A stretch of DNA of 64,000 nt from Nemertoderma westbladi (taxonomy: Eukaryota > Animalia > Xenacoelomorpha), in NCBI GenBank assembly GCA_032718475.1, contig JAUCBJ010006967.1:1-64000 (forward strand), written 5' to 3'. Under the pieces are notes generated by a model that was not told the DNA's origin, did no database searches, and worked only from the letters and a program-made list of their open reading frames with translations. Positions 31,870 through 43,888 of the stretch are shown piece by piece. Numbering within the stretch: position 1 is the first letter of the stretch; each line of letters opens with the position of its first letter. Position numbers and translations under genes: made by a program.

Positions 31870-34501
31870 GGGCCATGAGATTTGAAGCCCAGCATGGTGT
31901 ACTAAAACGTGGCTGAAAAGCCAACAATCATATAAAAACATTCCAAAATATTTGGCAGCCAGGCATCAAGAAAATGTGTGCTATTATTTGTCTATAAACT
32001 CATCTGGTTTTTTATATGAAATTGTTCGTGGCTATAAAAAATCCCCTACATGTAGCAGATTTGGACACAATACTGACTTGCAGGCCTTCGGGAAAACTAA
32101 GTACTATAACTAAAATTATGTGTCTAACAAAAGTATGATATTTCTTGGCTTGAAAGATTCCCTTCCATTTTTTGGGCTGATTACTGAACAATACATCTAC
32201 AAAGGAGGGAAAGATTTACTTATCATGGTTCAACCTTTATTAACCGAAGGCTATTGCAGCCACATTTGCTCATATATAATATCGAATGAATTCGTGCCAA
32301 CATTGGGAGTTTGGTTATCTTCATTTGAAAATCTCCCAATAGAACTGCGGCCAAAGAGTTATAAAGAATTAATTGTGGTGAACTATAAGTTAGAGTTGTA
32401 AAATTCTTATTGTGTTTAACTTAATCTTACACTTTATTCATGGGGCCGTAATCTGAATTTATATAAATATAATTAAACCAAGTATTTGCCCGAGTAGCTA
32501 TTTCAAGTAATATAGCTCCTCGTCTTATTATCAAAAACTGTTGGTCCTAGGCTTGGTATAATATTTAAGTAATTATTATAGGTATATAGCCTAACTACGG
32601 TATATATTAGCGATATAAGACTAATTATATTATATCATGAGATCCTGCCAGTGCGGTAAATCCCTTCCTGATGGATTTCTCTTCTGCTCCGGATGTGGCA
32701 CTCCTGCTCCACCATTAATTAAAATGTGCTGTGAGATTGTTATTGGAGACGATTGGGTGCAATGCCCACGATTCCGCAAAGATGTTGTTGGCGCCATTAC
32801 ACAAGATGGAGACGACAATGTTGGGGTCGGTGGTGTTTCTAACACCCCGAGCACATCCGGAAAGCAGAACATTATTGGAAATAATCGTGAAAGTCTAATC
32901 AAAGTTGAGATAGGGGGCAGTGACTATTATCGTCCAAAGGAACTTGACACAGTTAATTATGTTCCGGTGCTGGTACTTTCTATTGGCGTCGATAAAAAGG
33001 TAGTAGCTCTAGGGGGTGCCGTCTTTAATCGCTGCATTCGGGCATTGGAGAAGGATTTTAGGGAGCGTGGAATTAGCAACCTAACAATAATTGCGCAGTC
33101 CGTCTGTTCCGTGTACCCTGAATTCGAGTTTCAACATTCAAACCGAAAAAGTAAATCTCAAGTGTTTCAGACGAAATTTGCTGAGTGTCTGCAGAATTAT
33201 AAGAAACGTGAGGCAAAGAAAGTACGTGAAACGGATAATATGGAAACAAACCTTCTTGAGAAAGCGGTCAGTTTGGGCGAGGAGGGTGCCACTACTAAGA
33301 AACGAAATATAACGACAAATAAAAACACAAATAAACGCGCCCGACACCATGCCTTTGTTATAGACGAAGCTGTCGAAGTTCTGGAAAGTGACGAAAGTGA
33401 GGAGATGTCCGGTGATGAGGGTGAATCATCTGGAATTGATACCGGTAGTTTAATCGAAGCGAAAAAATTAGGAGAATATGTGTGGGCCAAACTATCCAAG
33501 AAGGATATATTTTGACCCAGCAAAGTGTGCGAACCCTATGGTAAACCGAGAAGCATTCATCGTCCCCACTGGGTATATTTTTTCGGAACCCATAATTATG
33601 GTTGGGTCAGCAGTGGCCTCATAATAGCGTATGAAGCAGACAATAACCCCGACAAAGAGCGGAAGAATAAGGGGAAGAAGTTTGAGCAAGGAGTACTGGA
33701 ACTGGAATTGGAGAGGGTTGGGCCACAGGAGTCATAGGGTATCGCCTATGTAAATGTTTATACCTGTTATGTTTACCTGATAATATAATTAATGATATTA
33801 TTAATTAGTTGAATATTGAGAATGGAGACGGTTGAATAAGAATTAATAATATGCTGAATTATATAAACTATTATTATCTGATTTGGGGGTGGGGGGGTTA
33901 ATAAACCATGGTTATTTTCAGAGAACCACTGGTAATATTGTGAATAAATCACGGTTATTTTTGGAAAATCGGCGTTTGTGTTTTAATAAACCACGGTTAT
34001 TTTCGGAAAACCACTGGTAATATTGTGAATAAACCACGGTTACTTTCGGAAAACCACTGGTAATATTGTGAATAAACCACGGTAATAATTGGAGAATCGG
34101 CGTTTGTGTTTTAATAAACCATGGTTATTTTCGGAAAACCACTGGTAATATTGTGAATAAACCACGGTTATAATTGGAGAATAGGCGTTTGTGTTTTAAG
34201 AAACCACGGTTACTTTCGGAAAACCACTGGTAATATTGTGAATAAACCACGGTTATAATTGGAGAATCGGCGTTTGTGTTTTAAGAAACCATGGTTATTT
34301 TTAGAAAACGGCCGTCGGTTACGGTGAATAAACCGCGGTTTCTTTTTTGACAACCCTTAATTTATAACCCTGGTTATTTATATGAAAAAACCGCCGGTTC
34401 CCCGAAAAAACCCTGGTTAAAATGCAACAAAAACCACCGGCGGTTTTTTCAGGAAATTTGGCGGTTTTTTAAGGTAAAACAGGGGTTATGTTTTTTCAGT
34501 G
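31870..34501 (+). mobile_element. CACTA/EnSpm-like copy 2 (diverged, 5'-truncated): transposase relic, PWWP ORF2, subterminal repeats, CAGTG end
   Basis: WAMRFEAQHGVLK at about 31870; AAACCACGGT-rich repeats at 33900-34330; terminus TTTTTTCAGTG at 34501. Confidence 0.7.
32637..33737 (+). pseudogene. ORF2 of CACTA copy 2: double zinc ribbon plus PWWP, with a nonsense codon at the PWWP Trp
   Basis: CQCG..FCSGCG..CC..WVQCPR; YVWAKLSKKDIF*PSKV...HWVYFFGTHNYGWV..IIAY. The frame continues through the TGA at 33513-15. Confidence 0.75.
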
Positions 34502-34502
34502 T

Positions 34503-34633
34503 ACTAACTACGTAGCCCTACCAGGCCCTCATTGGGGTCTCTCACCCCTGCCACCTCCTGCCTACTGACTACGTGGCCTACCAGGCCCTCATTGGGGTTT
34601 CTCACCCCCACCACCTCCTGCCTACTGACTACG
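34503..34633 (-). mobile_element. Fragment of a related BEL gag repeat region
   Basis: ACTACGTGGCCTACCAGGCCCTC matches the repeats at about 12180-12280. Confidence 0.6.
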
Positions 34634-36153
34634 TCAGGTCAGGTCAGGTCAGGTATTCTAGGTCATTGATCAAGAAAACTTGCCACCTCCATGCAGCATA
34701 AAGGAGGTGCCACCTGTAGCTGCATAGACCCTCTTACTAGGGCAAATCTGGTCCTGTAACTAGGACCCCCTTCATTCTGGGATAAGGACGCCCTTGGTCC
34801 TGGATTAAGGACCCATATACTTGGCTGCAGGGGTATATGGCCTGACCAGGCAGATGGTGATCTACCAATGGCTGGTTAGGAGTAGAGTGTTCTCATGTCC
34901 ACTCTGAGGGCACTTCACTGCGACCTGCACCTGGCAGCAAGGGTACAGGGCATGACCCAGCAGATGAGCTGCAACAGCCAACGGTGGGTCATGTACGCCA
35001 GAGTAGATATGGGTGATGGGCCTCATATCTGACTCCATTGCGACACCCACCCTGTGGAATGGCAAACCAGGGTGTGGTATTTGCCCCGAGAGCTGACTCG
35101 GCAAAAAAGCACCCCCCAACCCCCACTATGGATTACATTAGCAATGCGGAGGTCCGGCCACTAGAGGCCAGTGGAATTACCGGACACAATCGGCCTCACA
35201 GGCGTCAGTTAACTCCTGACCGGCTGCCTGTCTCACCCCCTATTGGAGAGAGAGCAGCCAACAATTCTTTGAGTCCCTTTCCTTATGACCTTTCTGGCCC
35301 AAATCCTGGGTCACCAGGGAGGCCAGATTGTGATGGTGAGAGGGATTCTGGAGTTGGAGGCTACTCTCATGTTCCACCCCGACCAACAAAGCCATTGCTG
35401 AATCTGAGGCAAGTCACTAGACTAGCCTCAGTAAACACCCTAACACTCGGGTCCCCAATGCGACAAGGTGAGCTGACTGCCTTGGCAGATAAGCTTTCTC
35501 TTAGCGCAGTGGGTGTTCAAGAGCACCGAATGCAGACTGGACAGACTGATGAGGTTCTGATTAAGGACATGGGGGGCGGTTGGCGACTCGCCCTCGCTGT
35601 CAGCAGATGATAGTGGCAATGGTGGAATTGGTCTATTGATGAATCCAACTGCACATGCAGCATTGGACAAAATAGACCAAATCTCTAACTGCATCATCCG
35701 TTGCCACTTCTCATGTTCTGGAAGACTGGCTAAGAAGTTTCTTAAGGAGGTTCTGATTGTGTGCTACTCTCCAACTAGTGTTGCCCCTGTAGAGGAGGTG
35801 GAAAATTTCTACCACAATCTACAAGCAGCAACTGATGGAGTGGATCAGCATGCATTCTTAACATTCCTGGGAGACTTTAATGCAAGTCTGCATCAATCAC
35901 CTACATTGCCCTGGGTCTATAGCAATAGTGTTAACCGAAATTCTGTCCATCTTCAGGATTTTATCTCTGGAAATGGATTGTTTTCGGCTGGAATCCAGTT
36001 CAAGAAGCGAACTTGAAAGCTATGGATTCATAGTGGACCCAGTGGTCACAAGTCCCAGATAGACCATATTCTGTTTCGTAGGAAATACAGGAGCTCTATA
36101 CAAGACTGTAATGCATTTACACTTCGACCCTTCTCCAGTGATCACCGCCTTAT
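34634..36153 (+). mobile_element. RTE-like non-LTR retrotransposon 5' part (5' UTR and APE endonuclease, frameshift and stop)
   Basis: Starts at (TCAGG)4; LASVNTLTL, GVQEHR, GNGGIG, CYSPT, GDFNA, QIDHIL, SDHR. Confidence 0.85.
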
Positions 36154-36646
36154 TCAACCGCCTTATCATGTAAAAACCAAAAGTATTAGTCAGGCAACTC
36201 GTTTTAGATCATGAACAACATTGCATTGCATTCCCAAACTTTCGCCAAATCCGGGCATCAATAAACGAGATTACGGATTTTATCAACGACAAAGGTGGAT
36301 GGAATATAGTAGTATGGTACAGTACAAGCCGGGAACTACCAACCAGGACGGAGATACTATCCCTGTTCCAATAAAAGTATTACATCCATCATCAGTGGTC
36401 CCGGCTTGCAAACCCAGTGTATAACCAACCCAGTATTTACTCTTCAACATTCCCCCACCACCTCCTCCTGCTGCCACCCGAGTTAACCAGCCGCGCCAGC
36501 CGCCAGGTTATTATCCCAAAGAGACAAGGACCTCCACAATAGAGAAACTTTAAGTAGGCCTACATTTCTAACTTAGAACATTTCGAACTATCATATCAAA
36601 ATATGCTTTCTTTATATTTTAATATTGACATTTTTGAAGTTCGAAT

Positions 36647-37701
36647 ATGAAGGACTCTAAGGGTATCATGAGAAGTTATTGTAAAGAATGTGGAGCAGAT
36701 GAATGCTCTGAGTACTTACTACCAGAGAATATTGGTATAACGCAGGTGTGTACATACTGTGGTTGTCCTCCCACTAAGCATCATCGGGAAGATGTCTCAT
36801 CTCATGAAGGTCAACCTATTACACCTCAGCCTGATATTAATACTCCTGCAAACCAACCAAATGCCGGTAATACACCTTTGTTGAATATACCTGTTGAACC
36901 TGTGTTATTTGATACACCCATCTACCATCATCATCAACTACTACTTCATCTATAAATAAGCCTTGCCATTCAAATTTGAATATTTTGGACCACGTCCTTT
37001 CTGAAAGCCCAGAGGGGAAATTATTGTTGAAGTCCAAGACAGCAGGGTTGACTGAGAAGCAGCGGAAGAATTTAGTTTCCTTGGTGGTATCATATCTCAT
37101 GAAAGGTACAGACACCGGTTTGGTTTCTAAGGAACTGTTTAAAGAGGCAGCTTCTCAAATAGCTTCTGTATTTCAATTAGAAAAACCAGCAACATACTAT
37201 TATTATAAATCAGTTGAGAAGGTATCAGATGGTAAAAAATATAACACATTTGTTGCCTCAGGAAAGCTGTACTGGAAATACTTAACTGGAAATAAAAACC
37301 GCTTGTTAGCTATTTCTATTTCAAACCCGAAAGAAACTGTTGACGTTGTTGCTGGTAGTTCTAGCAAACTGGGTGTCCTTGACACATGGAATGTCGACGA
37401 GTTGTATCAATCTGTAGAAGATCAACTCAGAAATCTTCGCCACCATGGGTATAATAAAGCTGATCATGAGGCAACTGTCCTTTACCGGCTAGTCGCTATT
37501 TATCGCAATTTGTTTGATCTCAACAAGTATCCGTATTTCAAAGATGATAGTGTTGTCTATGATTGTATAAATACTGATTTTGTTTATCTAATGAAATTAA
37601 AGAATGCAAGTGATGTAAATTGCACTGCATTATTTGAGGCCCCGTTTGAGGAAATATGCGGCAAGTGTCTCAATATGTCTCAACTATTCACAGTTGTGTA
37701 A
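36647..37701 (+). pseudogene. Fragment resembling the accessory ORF of animal EnSpm/CACTA elements, with N-terminal Cys/His finger
   Basis: CKEC..C...CTYCGC...H; VLSESPEGKLLL, LTEKQRKNLVSLVV, IASVF.LEK..TYY, SGKLYWKY; frameshift near 36950. Confidence 0.5.
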
Positions 37702-37759
37702 TGAATTGTTAGATGGGTTTGTCAGCAGTGTAATTCGTTTTTCATATTTTGACGAATTC

Positions 37760-40420
37760 ATAAAATTACACCAAACTGCAACAGAAACAGTTGAAGATTT
37801 TGCTGATAAATTAAAAAGAGTTGCACGCCATGCATTATCTTCCCCAGACACAGAACAGGCAGAGGCTTCGTGCAGAGACACAAAGCAGGATACTAGACCA
37901 ATTTTTGTATGGTCTCCATATAACGATTCGCTGCAAGGTTTTAGAACATGTAGCGCATGAGTCCCTTTAGAAAACGTCATTTCAGAGGCTAAAATGATAG
38001 AAGCTAGTGTACGTGTAGATAACCCTATGTTAAAAGCACCGCTTACGGAAGATGATATTGAACGTATCATTCAGAAGTCTAGAGAAAAAAATCATTACAG
38101 ATCACCATCAAATCATAAAACTGAATATAATTTGGAAAGTATCTCTCAGTTAGAGGAAAGCGTTAATAAATTATCTAAACAGGTAAGTGAACTTACAAGT
38201 AAGTTTAACGAACTATCACAAGTAAGTTTAACGAACTATCTGGTGAAATTAACCCAACTGTTATGAATATGGTAGCTGTCACATTTAAGGAATTTATGTC
38301 CCCAGCTCATAAGACAAAAGGTAATATTTGACTCGGCTGATAGAAGTAATAGAAGAAGAGAATAGTCACAAGAACGAGGTAACATGGATAACAAACACGA
38401 TAATAAATGGGAAAACCACAGCAAATCCTTCCAAAACAATTCAGTTCGGTCAAGTTTACTTCAAGTAAATTCGACTCAGGAGTTAATTATGGAAGTACTT
38501 GTTGAAAGTAACCCAGTTGAAGCAAATTAATGTAGATAGAGGGTCACAAGTTACTATTATCACCGAAGAGTTCCTTAAGGGGGGGGTACACCCCCCCTCA
38601 GGTCAAAATTTTCATTTTTTGTTTTTTTATTTCATCTAGAGTAGAATTTAATGCGGATTTCAAATCTGGAAACGGCTTAGCGAGATCTCTTTTACTTCTC
38701 GAGTAATGGCTGGTTTTCCGTCTGTATGTCTGTCTGTCTGTCCATCGAAATATTAAAAAGGGCATAAAATAAGCAATCTGAAATGTTTACTGTTAGGATT
38801 TTTCTTAATGTCGATGTCTGTTTTAATATTTGGAATTATCTAATCACTATGTCTGTATCTCAGTCTGTCTCTCAGTTTGTCTGTCTGTTTGTATGTCTGT
38901 CTGTCTGTCAACATGTCCGTCAAATTTTAATTAATATATATTTAATAGATATTTGTGAGTTTTGTATTACATATTGAACAGTTGTCTAATGGACTAGTTG
39001 TCTACTAGTAATAACAAATGTGAACCATCATATAACAATAGCTAGTAATAATTATTCTGGGAAACAACCATAAACTTATTTTTTTTTAATTCCGCAGGCT
39101 CTGAGAATAATTCACGTGCTGCGCGAAGTCTTCATGTGCAGCATGAACTTTTCATGTGCCGCGTGAAGGCTTCTCATTCTGATCAAAAAGCTTTCCGAGG
39201 TGCTCGATTAATTAACGTGCTTTATGAAGAATTTAAGTGCTACGTGAAACCTTCACCTGCTGCGCAAATGTCTCACGTGCTGCGCGAAGGTTTCACGTGC
39301 TGCGCAAAGCTTAATGTTCTGTGTAAAGGCTTATTATAAAATTATGTGGAAATTTTTATATAATTTTGAATGTTTCTTAAGGTTATCTCATTATTCCATG
39401 ACTATTTATTACTAAATGACGAAATAGTATGCGATCAAATCAATACGCCAAAATGTAATTTGTTCACGTGCTGCGCGAAGTGTTTTTTGGCAAGCACTCT
39501 AAAATTATTTTAACAGGTTGTTAAAAGTGGGTAGGGGTTTTTTTGAACCAAATTTCATGAAATCCATTGAGAAATCACAAAATATGGATAGGGGATAACC
39601 AATGGGAAAAGAAAAGGAGATACCAGTACTGAAAATAGCGGGAACATTTGAAATATATTGTTCTTAAACTTTAAATGCGTTTATCTCGGAATTGTATTTT
39701 TCACATTCAAAATACTACTACTCAGCCATTTCTTAACCAATTTTCGAAATTTTTTTTTTGTTTGATTTCTTTTCGGGTTTTGATCAAAAGTTATCGGTTA
39801 GAATTTTGAATTGTGCCATATTAATTTCTTGAAATTAGTTAATATCTATTAAGTAATAATTAATATTAGTTAATAATATTTAAAAAATATTTAAGACCTA
39901 AATAAAAAATGTAACCGATAAGTTTTGTGGAGCCGAGGATGCTGATTCAGAAAAACCAAGTTTCGAAAATTTTCGCCCAAAATTGTGAGACTAGTAGTGT
40001 TTTTAGTGAAATTAACAATTTCGCTGGTGGCCGCTAGAGGGCGACGCAAATTTGAAAATTTTTTTTTTGAACCCAATCTTTGGCCATATGTTAATCCCCC
40101 GAAAGGTATAAAATATACAAAATTACACACAAGCAGAAATTATAGCCATTTGCAAAAAAGGTCCATAGGGGGGTGTACCCCCCCCCTTAATAAAAATATT
40201 AGAAACACACTTTACATGTATCCTGGAGAAACATTAACAACATTAGGAGGTGATAAAGTAGATAGTCTAGGTAGAACGAAATTAAATATTCATTGTGGAA
40301 ATAATTCGTGGACAGGTCTTGTGCACGTAGTCCGTACTTTGAATTGTAGTACAAATTTGCTGTTGGATATAGATAGCATTATTACACTAAATATACTAGA
40401 AATGGGATTGAAAATTATTA
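37760..40420 (+). pseudogene. Degraded LTR-retroelement (Gypsy-like) gag-protease relic interrupted by the first Kolobok-like copy
   Basis: QTATETVEDFADKLKR; VDRGSQVTII before the TTAA site, continuing LTTLGGDKV..LG...LLLDID after it. Confidence 0.5.
38579..40186 (+). mobile_element. Non-autonomous Kolobok-like element, copy A (1.6 kb)
   Basis: TTAA TSD; GG...CC termini with TIR G8TACACCCCCC; internal CACGTGCTGCGCGAAG repeats. Confidence 0.85.
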
Positions 40421-41140
40421 AGGGCGATGAAACCCAGACAATCAATGCTGATTCCAACAATCCACAGGATTTTAATAACCAATCTCAAACGAATAAAACT
40501 CAAAATACGACAGAAACTAAAACATACAATGATGAGAAAGCATTAAATAATGATACGGTTAATATAGAATTAGCGAAGTCAGTAAGTGTTAATAATACTT
40601 ATAAAGTTTTGCGGATAAGTTCGAAAGGTAATGTGATAATACATCTAAGATCAGTGGCATTAATAAAAGGCAACGTGAGGGTAATAAGCTGGGTTTACGG
40701 AATAAGGCTAAGGAATAAGCCGATGAACGACCCGCCGACGATACCCCTAGTATCGAGTCTTCCATCCCTCATAAAGCTCATTGAAGGAACTCAAAAGGCT
40801 TTTATATGCGACTAGAATCATTGCAGTTACAACGGGTGAGTTTATTATCATGTTTATTCTTTAATGTCATAACTCAACACACAGTTACTAAAATTAAAAA
40901 TAATAGTATGTTGTAAATGTATATAACAATGTTCTGAATTTGTAATATAGAATACTAAATACGAAAGCTGTACCTGCAAAATATTCTTGAGAAAAAGCAA
41001 TCTACATTGAACGCAATCTATAGTTTTTCATTTTTTCAATCTGATATATTTATTATAGTGGTCATTTTGTGGCTAACCCTAAAAGGTATTTTATGAAGAT
41101 ATTATAATATATTTTCACACAATATATTTTGTATTTACAG

Positions 41141-41352
41141 ATCAACATCGTCCAAGGATGCAGAGGGGCAGTGTGCAGGGGCACCTACTACGGTAGGCCG
41201 TGTCCCTGTTTTCGAATAGTGGACCCCGTTTGAGTACTTAGGCCAATGTTGTGCTTGAGGAAGTATTCGATAATGAGTCACGATGTATCCGCCCTCATTA
41301 TTTCTGCAGTAATGAGTTTACCTCATTATTCTTTGATAAAGCGCACCTAGAA
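41141..41352 (+). pseudogene. Degraded Cys-rich exon homologous to 63553-63777
   Basis: TTTACAG| acceptor and |GTGAGT donor; reads INIVQGCRGAVCRGTYYGRPCPC...FCSNEFTSLF with a stop and a frameshift. Confidence 0.55.
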
Positions 41353-41783
41353 GTGAGTAATAAATAAATAGGAAATGTACCTTATGTGTAAAGTAACCTC
41401 TTGAATACTGAGAATCATTATTGGTTTGATGGTATCTTAGTGTCCTAACTGCGGTGTTTAATACATACCGCGTGCAAGTTCCTGTTCTTACGGGAGGAGC
41501 GCCTATATAGGTTTCCTCCAGGTTTTCTTCGGTTATTTTTTCTATCAATTTCCTTTAATCAAATAAATCACAGAAGTTTTATAACATAACGAGCAAGATA
41601 GCGAGATTTAAGTTGCGACTCTGAATAACTTGATATTATATTTCTGACTTTGTATTTTTCTATTTTAAAGCTTATTTATCTCCTATCTTGCAGCTCAATT
41701 ATTTTGGTAAAAGTATGGTATCATTATTGCATATTGATTGAATATACCATACTTTCAAGGATAGTGATCCAGGTAAAGTTTAA

Positions 41784-43387
41784 GGGGGGGGTACACCCCC
41801 CTATGGACCTTTTTTGCAAATGGCTATAATTTCTGCTTGTGTGTAATTTTGTATATTTTATACCTTTCGGGGGATTAACATATGGCCAAAGATTGGGTTC
41901 AAAAAAAAAATTTTCAAATTTGCGTCGCCCTCTAGCGGCCACCAGCGAAATTGTTAATTTCACTAAAAACACTACTAGTCTCACAATTTTGGGCGAAAAT
42001 TTTCGAAACTTGGTTTTTCTGAATCAGCATCCTCGGCTCCACAAAACTTATCGGTTACATTTTTTATTTAGGTCTTAAATATTTTTTAAATATTATTAAC
42101 TAATATTAATTATTACTTAATAGATATTAACTAATTTCAAGAAATTAATATGGCACAATTCAAAATTCTAACCGATAACTTTTGATCAAAACCCGAAAAG
42201 AAATCAAACAAAAAAAAAATTTCGAAAATTGGTTAAGAAATGGCTGAGTAGTAGTATTTTGAATGTGAAAAATACAATTCCGAGATAAACGCATTTAAAG
42301 TTTAAGAACAATATATTTCAAATGTTCCCGCTATTTTCAGTACTGGTATCTCCTTTTCTTTTCCCATTGGTTATCCCCTATCCATATTTTGTGATTTCTC
42401 AATGGATTTCATGAAATTTGGTTCAAAAAAAACCCTACCCACTTTTAACAACCTGTTAAAATAATTTTAGAGTGCTTGCCAACAAACACTTCGCGCAGCA
42501 CGTGAACAAATTACATTTTGGCGTATTGATTTGATCGCATACTATTTCGTCATTTAGTAATAAATAGTCATGGAATAATGAGATAACCTTAAGATCGTTC
42601 AAAATTATATAAAAATTTCCACATAATTTTATAATAAGCCTTTACACAGAACATTAAGCTTTGCGCAGCACGTGAAACCTTCGCGCAGCACGTGAGACAT
42701 TTGCGCAGCAGGTGAAGGTTTCACGTAGCACTTAAATTCTTCATAAAGCACGTTAATTAATCGAGCACCTCGGAAAGCTTTTTGATCAGAATGAGAAGCC
42801 TTCACGCGGCACATGAAAAGTTCATACTGCACATGAAGACTTCGCGCAGCACGTGAATTATTCTCAGAGCCTGCGGAATTTAAAAAAATAAGTTTATATT
42901 TGTTTCCCAGAATAATTATTACTAGCTATGTTATATGATGGTTCACATTTGTTATTACCAGTAGACAACTAGTCCATTAGACAACTGTTCAATATGTAAT
43001 ACAAAACTCACAAATATCTATTAAATATATATTAATTAAAATTTGACGGACATGTTGACAGACAGACATACATACAAACAGACAGACAAACTGAGAGACA
43101 GACTGAGATACAGACTTAGTGATTAGATAATTCCAAATATTAAAACAGACATCGACATTAAGAAAAATCCTAACAGTAAACATTTCAGATTGCTTATTTT
43201 ATGCCCTTTTTAATATTTCGATGGACAGACAGACAGACATACAGACGGAAAACCAGCCATTACTCGAGAAGTAAAAGAGATCTCGCTAAGCCGTTTCCAG
43301 ATTTGAAATCCGCATTAAATTCTACTCTAGATGAAATAAAAAAACAAAAAATGAAAATTTTGACCTGAGGGGGGGTGTACCCCCCCC
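41784..43387 (-). mobile_element. Non-autonomous Kolobok-like element, copy B (inverted, nearly identical to copy A)
   Basis: TTAA TSD, same TIRs, reverse complement of 38579-40186 with few substitutions. Confidence 0.88.
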
Positions 43388-43820
43388 TTAAATCAGAAGT
43401 TCTCAATCTTGAAGATGATATTATGGAGGTTCCACCTGAACCAGAACCATGCCTTGATCCACTTGGAGAACTTAAGTCCTTCTTATCTTTTCATCAACCT
43501 GTTTTTTGAAGGTAAAGAGATGTATATCAATGGGTTGACATTTATTTCCAATTTCAACCGAGTTGAAATTTAAAACTGTTTTTTAAATTTCAACTTTTAA
43601 GTTATAAAGTTTAAATAAATAATAATAAATACAAATTGTAAAATCTAATATATTTTTTTTATACTGTGTGTGTTTGCCCCAGCAACCTACCAGTTTTTCC
43701 ATTGGTATCACTGCTTTACTTAGGGTTCCAATTTTCTGTGGTCTGATGTCTTTTTGAGGAGTTCATGGTGCGATTGTTTAGGTCATTGGTGCAATATAGA
43801 TATGCTTTGGATAATCCTTT

Positions 43821-43888
43821 GTCCAGCTGATGAGGTGTCGAGAATACCGCGTACTGGGTCTCAGACACCGAAACGCAACCATATTCTT
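43821..43888 (+). ncRNA. Hammerhead ribozyme candidate 2 (same nested topology; predicted GUA cleavage after 43853)
   Basis: CTGATGA 43827-33 and GAAA 43870-73. Stem II GGTGTC/GACACC; stem I TCCAG/CTGGG; stem III GCG-T/A-CGC; helix GAGAATA/TATTCTT. Confidence 0.68.

Noticed and set aside
34634-35130. HDV-like ribozyme in the RTE 5' UTR
   Set aside because: Several hairpins are present, but I could not assemble the nested double pseudoknot by eye; a descriptor search is needed.
39985-40815. 276-aa ORF
   Set aside because: Chimeric read-through from the Kolobok-like end into a degraded protease relic and unrelated sequence.
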